Source: Burkholderiales bacterium (lineage in GTDB: Bacteria; Pseudomonadota; Gammaproteobacteria; Burkholderiales; SG8-41). From it: DNA of 58,307 bases. Numbering within the stretch: the first letter of the stretch is position 1; each line of letters starts with the position of its first letter. Shown in pieces: positions 51,127 to 58,307 of the stretch. The position numbers were made by a program, and so were the translations under genes. Under the pieces are notes generated by a model, which made no database searches, was not told the DNA's origin, and saw only the letters and a program-made list of their open reading frames with translations. The stretch lies in assembly GCA_041629335.1 (NCBI GenBank), contig JBFKNN010000003.1, positions 1-58,307 of the forward strand, in the 5' to 3' direction.

Positions 51127-51301
51127 GCGTGATCACCAGCGAGACGATGATGCTCGTGGTGAGCGGGAAGTAGAACGTGAATCCCTTGCGCTCGAGCTTG
51201 ATGTCGCCGGGCAGGCTACCCAGGCCGAGCTTCGCGAGCCAGGGCCAGAGCACACCCAGCGCCAGAAGAACTATTCCTATTGTTATCAACCATTTGCTCA
51301 T
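51101..51301 (-). CDS. DUF2905 family small membrane protein
   Basis: 'LGLG.LPGDI..ER..F.FYFPLTTSIIVS'. Confidence 0.85.
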   Translation of the reverse strand: MSKWLITIGIVLLALGVLWPWLAKLGLGSLPGDIKLERKGFTFYFPLTTSIIVSLVITLILWIFRR

Positions 51302-51446
51302 GTGAGGTTGCCGTGGGGATAGGTAGCTGGCCCGCCGCGGGGCGCTAGTGCAAGCTTGCTCCCGGCATGCCAACTTTACAATGCCGGTTGCACGGCCGGG
51401 TGCTATGCTAATCGCATAGGTTTACGTGCAAGCGAGGAGGGTCACC

Positions 51447-52280
51447 ATGCCACTTGTCGCCATGACTCGCGAAATGGGTTCGCTCGGCCAGGAAGTCGCC
51501 GCACGGCTCTCCGACCGCCTCCGCAGGAAGCTCGTCCATCACGAAATTGTCGGTCAGCTCGCAAGCAAGATGCGGTTGCGACAAAGCCACGTCATCCGCT
51601 TCCTCGATGGCAAGTCCGGGATGTGGGAGCGCCTGACGACCGACAAAACGAGCCTATCGATCTTCACGGCGGCCGAGACGCTCGACATCGCCGAGAGCGG
51701 CGAGGTCGGCGTCATTCACGGCTGGGGCGCGGCGCACCTGCTGCGCTCGGTGCCGCACGTGTTGTGCGTGCGAGTATGCGCGCCGCGGGCAGTACGCGTA
51801 CGGCGCATGATGGAGCGCCTGGGCACGAACGACGGGGAATTTGTCGAGCACGAAATCAAGCTGTCGGACGAAGCGCACACGGCGATCACCCGCCGGCGTT
51901 TCGGCATCGACTGGCATCAACCCGAGCACTACGATCTGGTACTCAACACCGAGCGGCTGACGATAGACGAGTGCGTGGACGAGGTCGAGAAGCTGCTCAC
52001 TGATCCGGCGTTCCAGGAAACGGCAGAATCAAGGCAGACGCTTGCCGATCTGGGCCTTCAGGCCAGGGTGCGAGCGGCACTGCGCCAAGACCCGCGCACC
52101 CGCGCGGCACTCATCACGATCGCGGCCGACCAGGGCCGCGTCACCCTTTCGGGCATGCTCGAGGACGGCCTGAACCAGAATGATGTCGCCGACGTCGCCG
52201 CCCGCGTCGCCGGCGTCAAGGACGTCGCGATCGATCTGCGGATCATCGGACCGACGCGCAGGCTGCACATCGACGGCTGA
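51447..52280 (+). CDS. Cytidylate kinase-like family protein fused to a C-terminal BON domain
   Basis: 'TREMGSLG.EVA', 'VRVCAP...RV.RM', 'YDLVLNT'; BON-like 'VRAAL..DPR.....ITI.ADQGRVTLSG...VAGVKDV..DL'. Confidence 0.8.
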   Translation: MPLVAMTREMGSLGQEVAARLSDRLRRKLVHHEIVGQLASKMRLRQSHVIRFLDGKSGMWERLTTDKTSLSIFTAAETLDIAESGEVGVIHGWGAAHLLRSVPHVLCVRVCAPRAVRVRRMMERLGTNDGEFVEHEIKLSDEAHTAITRRRFGIDWHQPEHYDLVLNTERLTIDECVDEVEKLLTDPAFQETAESRQTLADLGLQARVRAALRQDPRTRAALITIAADQGRVTLSGMLEDGLNQNDVADVAARVAGVKDVAIDLRIIGPTRRLHIDG

Positions 52281-52299
52281 AGTCAGCCCGAGGTCGCAA

Positions 52300-52328
52300 G
52301 AAAGAGGGGGCGTGCGCCCCCTTTCTCT
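52300..52328. terminator. Hairpin between convergent genes, possible bidirectional terminator
   Basis: AGGGGGC-GTGC-GCCCCCT flanked by AAAG on the left and TTCTCT on the right. Confidence 0.5.
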
Positions 52329-52351
52329 CAGCCGCTGCCAGCCTGCACCAA

Positions 52352-53338
52352 TCACGGAAATGGCGCCATCGGTTTGCCGGTGGTAAGCAGGTGATGCAGG
52401 GCGTAGACCCAGCCACGCATGCGATGATAGTTCCGGAAGTGGCTGTACTGCTGCATCTTGATGTTGTCGGCGAGCTCGTCGCGGTTCTTGCCCTCGGCGA
52501 TGCCAGCGCGCACTGCGGTGAGCAAATCCTCGTGCATTTGCGCATATTCGAGCACGTCCTCGCGCGTGGAAACGTCGCCGTGACCGCCGAGGAAAGTGTC
52601 GATGTCGAACGCGGCCGCCTTACGCAGCAGCGCGATCCATCCCTCGACCGAGGGTGTAAAGGAATAATTTGACCAGTTCCTGCGCGAGAACGGCCCGCCC
52701 AGGAAGAGCGTCCGCGCGTGCGGGAAGTGGATCAGGGTGTCACCGGGATTCTGTCCTGGCCCAAGATGGATCAGCTCCACGGTGCGGCCGCCGAGGTGAA
52801 TCGTGAAGCGCGAATCGAAGGCGACGTCCGCCAAGACCATCTGCAGCTCGCCGGTGTCGAGCTTGTGGCGCTTGAACTACGCCTGGCGCCGGTTGGCTTC
52901 GTCGTCGTAGTATTTCTGCATCATCGCGCGCGTATCGCGCTGCGAGACGATGATCGCGCCTGCGGCCTTGAACACCGGGTTGCCGAGGAAATGGTCGCGG
53001 TACGCATGGGTCACCACCACCCACTTGACCGGCTTGTCGGTCAGCTTGCGGATCTCGCCGCGCAGCCGCCGCGTGTCCGCCGGATACTGCTGCGTGTCGA
53101 CGACCAGCACGCCTTCCTCGGTCACCAGGAACGCGGAATTCGACGACCCGTCGTTCCAGTAAAAATAGAGGTCGGGCGCGACCTGCTCTACCTGGGCGGC
53201 GTGCGACTTGGCCGCCGGCTTAAGCGCTTCCGGCGCGAGCTTGCCCAGCTCCTGGGAATACTGCGCGTGCGATTGGCCCGTAACGACGAGCGCGGCCGCG
53301 CCGAGCAGCGCGGCCGCGTGCTGCTTGACGCGCTTCAT
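52352..53338 (-). pseudogene. Secreted MBL-fold metallo-hydrolase interrupted by one in-frame TAG
   Basis: Signal peptide, 'SNSAFLVTEEGVLVVDT', degenerate THAYRDH motif, TAG at 52877-52879, same frame continues 'FKRHKLD...LGGRTVELIHLGPG...GGHG'. Confidence 0.8.
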
Positions 53339-53373
53339 GGCTCCCCCTCCCCGCCCGCGCCGGGCCGCGGGTG

Positions 53374-54915
53374 TCAGACCTGCGGATTGATGCGTTCCAC
53401 CTTTGAGTGCAGCTTGTTCAGCGCGTTGACATAGGCCTTGGCCGAGGCCACGACGATGTCGGTATCTGCGCCCTGACCGTTGACGATGCGCCCGCCCTTG
53501 GTGAGCCGCACCGTCACCTCCCCTTGCGAATCCGTGCCGGTCGTGATGTTGTTGACCGAGTATAGCAGGAGTTCCGCACCGCTTCGGGCGAGCTCTTCGA
53601 TCGCCTTGAACGAGGCGTCCACCGGACCGCTGCCGCGCGCCTCCGCACGGCGCTCCTTGCCGTCTTCCGAGACGACGATCCGGGCGTACGGCTGCTCCCC
53701 CGTCTCCGAGTGGGCGGTGAGCGAGACCAGCTTGTAGTGCTCGTTCTCGACGTGCTCGAGGTTTTCCTCGGTAATGAGCGCGTGCAGATCCTCGTCGAAG
53801 ATCTCGTGCTTCTTGTCGGCGAGCTCCTTGAAGCGCTTGAAGGTCGCATTCAACACCTCCTCGGAGTCGACGACGATGCCGAGCTCCTGCAGGCGGCTCC
53901 TGAACGCGTTGCGCCCGGAGTGCTTGCCCAGCACCAGGCGGTTGGCGTTCCAGCCCACGTCCTGGGCGCTCATGATTTCGTAGGTATCGCGGCTCTTCAG
54001 CACCCCGTCCTGGTGGATGCCCGACTCGTGGGCGAAGGCGTTGGCGCCGACGATGGCCTTGTTGGGCTGAACCGGAAAGCCGGTGATGCCAGCGACGAGC
54101 CGGCTGGCCGGCACGATCTGGGTGGTATCGATGCCCGTGTCGCAGGTGAACACATCCTGGCGCGTGCGCACCGCCATCACAATTTCCTCGAGCGCGGCGT
54201 TGCCGGCGCGCTCCCCGAGCCCGTTGATGGTGCACTCGACCTGCCGCGCGCCGTTCAGCACCGCGGAGAGCGAGTTGGCGACCGCCAGGCCGAGATCGTT
54301 GTGGCAGTGCACCGACCAGATTGCCTGATCGGAGTTGGGAATGCGCTCGCGCAGGGTGCGGATCAGGCGCCCGAAGTGCTCGGGTACGGTGTAGCCCACC
54401 GTGTCGGGCACATTGATGGTTTTCGCGCCGGCCTTGATGACCCGCTCGAGGATGCGGCACAGGAAATCGATGTCCGAGCGGCCCGCGTCCTCGGGCGAAA
54501 ATTCGATGTTGTCCGTGTACTCGCGCGCCATCTTGACCGCGCGCACCGCCTGCTCAATCACCTGGGACGGCTCCATCCGCAGTTTCTTCTCCATGTGAAT
54601 GGGACTCGTCGCGATGAACGTGTGCACGCGCGGGCTCCCCGCGACACGCACCGCCTCGCCGCAGCGGCGGATGTCCTTCTCGTTCGCGCGTGCCAGCCCG
54701 CAGATCGTGCTGTCCTTGATGGTGGCCGCGACCGCGCGCACCGCGTCGAAGTCGCCGTCGCTCGCGGCCGGGAATCCCGCCTCGATGACGTCGACGCGCA
54801 TGCGCTCGAGCTGGCGCGCGATGCGCAGCTTCTCGTCCTTGGTCATCGACGCGCCGGGGCTCTGCTCGCCGTCGCGCATCGTCGTGTCGAATATGATCAA
54901 TTTTTCCTTCGCCAT
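53374..54915 (-). CDS. leuA: 2-isopropylmalate synthase
   Basis: [45 protein letters not shown], regulatory domain GSGPVDA. Confidence 0.97.
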   Translation of the reverse strand: MAKEKLIIFDTTMRDGEQSPGASMTKDEKLRIARQLERMRVDVIEAGFPAASDGDFDAVRAVAATIKDSTICGLARANEKDIRRCGEAVRVAGSPRVHTFIATSPIHMEKKLRMEPSQVIEQAVRAVKMAREYTDNIEFSPEDAGRSDIDFLCRILERVIKAGAKTINVPDTVGYTVPEHFGRLIRTLRERIPNSDQAIWSVHCHNDLGLAVANSLSAVLNGARQVECTINGLGERAGNAALEEIVMAVRTRQDVFTCDTGIDTTQIVPASRLVAGITGFPVQPNKAIVGANAFAHESGIHQDGVLKSRDTYEIMSAQDVGWNANRLVLGKHSGRNAFRSRLQELGIVVDSEEVLNATFKRFKELADKKHEIFDEDLHALITEENLEHVENEHYKLVSLTAHSETGEQPYARIVVSEDGKERRAEARGSGPVDASFKAIEELARSGAELLLYSVNNITTGTDSQGEVTVRLTKGGRIVNGQGADTDIVVASAKAYVNALNKLHSKVERINPQV

Positions 54916-55039
54916 GTCGCTCTCCTAGCCTTGCCGCCCGGCTGCCGCTGCGAGCGCGCGAGCCGGACCGGAATACTGATACGTGCTCCCGGCGCATCGC
55001 CCGCGCCGGACCAAACAACCAAAATGGGATATAAGTCGA

Positions 55040-55126
55040 TTAGCGCGCGCGTGCGCGCAGCAGCAGGCCGCCCAGCAGGAAGCCGGGAAGAAGAAATACT
55101 GCCTTGGCCTGTTGAAAAGAGTGCAT
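55040..55126 (-). CDS. Putative leuA leader peptide (28 aa, 7 Leu)
   Basis: MHSFQQAKAVFLLPGFLLGGLLLRARAR*, ending 124 nt upstream of the leuA ATG. Confidence 0.7.
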   Translation of the reverse strand: MHSFQQAKAVFLLPGFLLGGLLLRARAR

Positions 55127-55170
55127 GATGAGGAAATATAGAGGCTTTTCACGTGCCGCGCAAGCCCGGG

Positions 55171-55998
55171 TCAAGCGGCCGCCGAGGGCGGCGGCCTGCC
55201 GGTGCGGCCCCGGATCATCTCCCACACCCAGATGATGTAGCCGGAGCCGGCGTAAGCGACGAACAGGATGAACAACATCTCGGGCAGCGTGCTCGATACT
55301 ATGAACAGCGCCACCATCCCGAAGGTGATCGCGACAACCACCGAGAACGACACGTTCTTGCGCAGGTTGATGTCCTTGCCGCTGTAGAACTTGAAGCTGC
55401 TGACCATGGAGAGCCCGGCGAAAAGCGTGAGGCCCCATGCGAGCCACTTCACCTCCGCGCCCCGTATCTGGTACTCGCTCATCGCCCACACCAGTCCGGC
55501 GACGAGACACGCCGCGGCCGGGCTGGGCAGCCCCTGGAAGAAGCGCTTGTCGGCGACATCGAGGGTGGTGTTGAAGCGGGCGAGGCGCAGTGCCGCGCAG
55601 GCGCAGTAGATGAAGGCGGCGATCCAGCCGAGCTTGGTCGTGAGCCAGGGGCCGAGCATGGCAAGCCCCTTCATGGCGGCGAAATCCTTGAGCGCCCACA
55701 CGTAGACCACCAGCGCCGGCGCCACGCCGAACGACACCATATCGGACAGGCTGTCGTATTCGGCCCCGAATGCGCTCTGGGTGCGCGTGAAGCGGGCGAC
55801 GCGCCCGTCGAGCCCGTCGAACACCGCTGCAACAAAGATCGCGATCGCCGACTGTTCGAACCGCCCGCTCATCGCCATGACGATCGCGTAGAAACCGGCG
55901 AACAGCGCGACCGTGGTCAGCAGGTTTGGCAGCCAGTAGATGCCGCGCCGCGCGAAGCGCGACTTGATGAACAGCTTGTGTTCTTTCGGCTCGTACAT
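55171..55998 (-). CDS. pssA: CDP-diacylglycerol--serine O-phosphatidyltransferase
   Basis: LPNLLT, DGLDGRVAR..TQSAFGAEYDSLSDMVSFGVAP, LRLARFN, FQGLPSP. Confidence 0.95.
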   Translation of the reverse strand: MYEPKEHKLFIKSRFARRGIYWLPNLLTTVALFAGFYAIVMAMSGRFEQSAIAIFVAAVFDGLDGRVARFTRTQSAFGAEYDSLSDMVSFGVAPALVVYVWALKDFAAMKGLAMLGPWLTTKLGWIAAFIYCACAALRLARFNTTLDVADKRFFQGLPSPAAACLVAGLVWAMSEYQIRGAEVKWLAWGLTLFAGLSMVSSFKFYSGKDINLRKNVSFSVVVAITFGMVALFIVSSTLPEMLFILFVAYAGSGYIIWVWEMIRGRTGRPPPSAAA

Positions 55999-56058
55999 CG
56001 GTCGGGGTCGATACTCTCGTGCTGCGCTCGGATGCCAGTGGGGGAGTTTACACGACGA

Positions 56059-56724
56059 TCATGGCACTTGCGTGGACGCCGGCGGCAGCAGTGCCAGCAC
56101 GGTCTCTGTCGCGTAGACCTTGTCGCCGACGGCCGCCTGCGGCACGGCCGCGGGCGGCAGATACACGTCCACGCGGGAACCGAAGCGGATGAAACCGTAG
56201 CGCTCGCCGCGCGCGAGGCTCTGCCCCGGCTTCGCGTAGCAGAGGATGCGGCGCGCGATGAGCCCGGCGATTTGCACGCAGGTGACGTCCACGCCAGCCG
56301 GCGTGCGGATCCACAGCGCCGCGCGCTCGTTCTCGAGCGAGGCCTTGTCGAGGGCGGCGTTCACGAAGCGGCCGGGATGATACCACGCCTTGCGCACTTC
56401 GCCGTCAACCGGGCTGCGGTTCGAGTGCACGTTGAACACGTTCATGAAGACGCTCATCTTGAGTGCGTCGCGCTCGAGATACGGATCGCGCACGCGCGCC
56501 ACGGCGACGACACGGCCGTCGGCGGGTGCAAGCACGGCGCCCGGGTCCTGCGGCACGACGCGGGCCGGATCGCGGAAGAACTGCAGGATGAAGATCGTCG
56601 CCAGCCACAGCGGCGCCGCCCACCAGAAGCCGGCGAAAACGTGGACCAGCAGCGCCGCGGCCGCAGCAGCCGCGAGGAATGGCCATCCCTCGCGGGCGAT
56701 GATGGGATGCGGGTAGCTGCTCAC
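56059..56724 (-). CDS. psd: Phosphatidylserine decarboxylase (short type)
   Basis: [31 protein letters not shown], self-cleavage motif RFGSRVD; GTG start. Confidence 0.94.
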   Translation of the reverse strand: MSSYPHPIIAREGWPFLAAAAAAALLVHVFAGFWWAAPLWLATIFILQFFRDPARVVPQDPGAVLAPADGRVVAVARVRDPYLERDALKMSVFMNVFNVHSNRSPVDGEVRKAWYHPGRFVNAALDKASLENERAALWIRTPAGVDVTCVQIAGLIARRILCYAKPGQSLARGERYGFIRFGSRVDVYLPPAAVPQAAVGDKVYATETVLALLPPASTQVP

Positions 56725-56808
56725 AGAGCCGGCAATCGGGGGATCAGCATCCGGGAGCGCTCAAGGCGGTTCGGTTTCGCTCGGTTCTCAATCCGCGTTG
56801 CCCCGGTG

Positions 56809-57912
<1,104 letters not shown>

Positions 57913-57923
57913 TCACGTCTGTC

Positions 57924-58053
57924 TAGAACCTATTTCATAAATGCCCGCGTGTGCGACGGTGGCGATGTGGGATGCAGTTCTAGGAGGGCGACCGCAGCAA
58001 TATCGCGAATATTGCAAGGGAGCCCGACAACGAAATGCGCCCCGAGCGGGCGC
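57924..58053. repeat. Dispersed ~130-bp palindromic element, copy 2
   Basis: Colinear with 44248-44381, same orientation, same left end TAGAACCTAT. Confidence 0.85.
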
Positions 58054-58307
58054 TTGCCTGCCCATGGGCGCGCAACGGCGAAGCCGTTGCTCGGCGCCCC
58101 GTCCCTGCGGGTTGCGGCCAAAACGCGCGTCTGCGTCGTCCCGCTGCTTGCCAATGCGCCCCGGCCACGGTGTGGCGCAGCCTGGTGCGGGACGGGGGCG
58201 CGGGGCGGCGTGTTCATGCGACAGCGCCCCGGGGCTTCCGCGGCTGCTCCCGCAAACGGGCCTGCGGCTAACGCGTCGCAGCCGCCGCGATATTGGCTGC
58301 GCACCGC

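Noticed and set aside
52877-52879. Pyrrolysine or other stop-codon recoding
   Set aside because: No pyl genes in the window, TAG ends many genes here, and the gene shows other signs of decay.
52877-54460. 527-aa ORF suggesting a leuA-overlapping fusion to the MBL protein
   Set aside because: The upstream part is an alternate frame of leuA; the MBL gene has its own GGAG RBS, ATG (53338) and signal peptide.
57930-58304. 124-aa minus-strand ORF upstream of ilvC as ilvH/ilvN
   Set aside because: No ACT/IlvH similarity; it is a translation of the repeat element.

Overview
High-GC betaproteobacterial chromosomal segment, mostly housekeeping: fumC-maeB, pip, an EF-G paralogue, a phnDCEE-type ABC transporter, nrdAB with tandem NrdR boxes, ampD-pilR-pilS, tRNA-Pro(CGG), ispB, rplU-rpmA-obgE-proB, a rubrerythrin/Fe-S oxidoreductase/DUF3501 cluster, rppH, proS, wrbA, leuA-pssA-psd-ilvC. 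No integrase, transposase, prophage or CRISPR array is visible. The most interesting signals are small and mostly non-coding. (1) A ~130-bp structured element is present twice (44248 and 57924). (2) A Leu-rich leader peptide before leuA has Leu codons that are complementary to a segment just upstream of the leuA ribosome-binding site, with no obvious intrinsic terminator. (3) An SbrI/SbrR-like ECF sigma module has a matching promoter and a target gene broken by an apparent microhomology deletion. (4) A DNPH1/nucleoside-deoxyribosyltransferase-fold protein has Asn in place of the catalytic Glu and is paired with a DUF6505-like gene. (5) There is an NrdR-like box upstream of a lytic transglycosylase, an Irr/ICE-like operator at rubrerythrin, and intergenic 9-nt- and 7-nt-periodic repeat elements. 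All family calls come from motif recognition by eye, not database searches.
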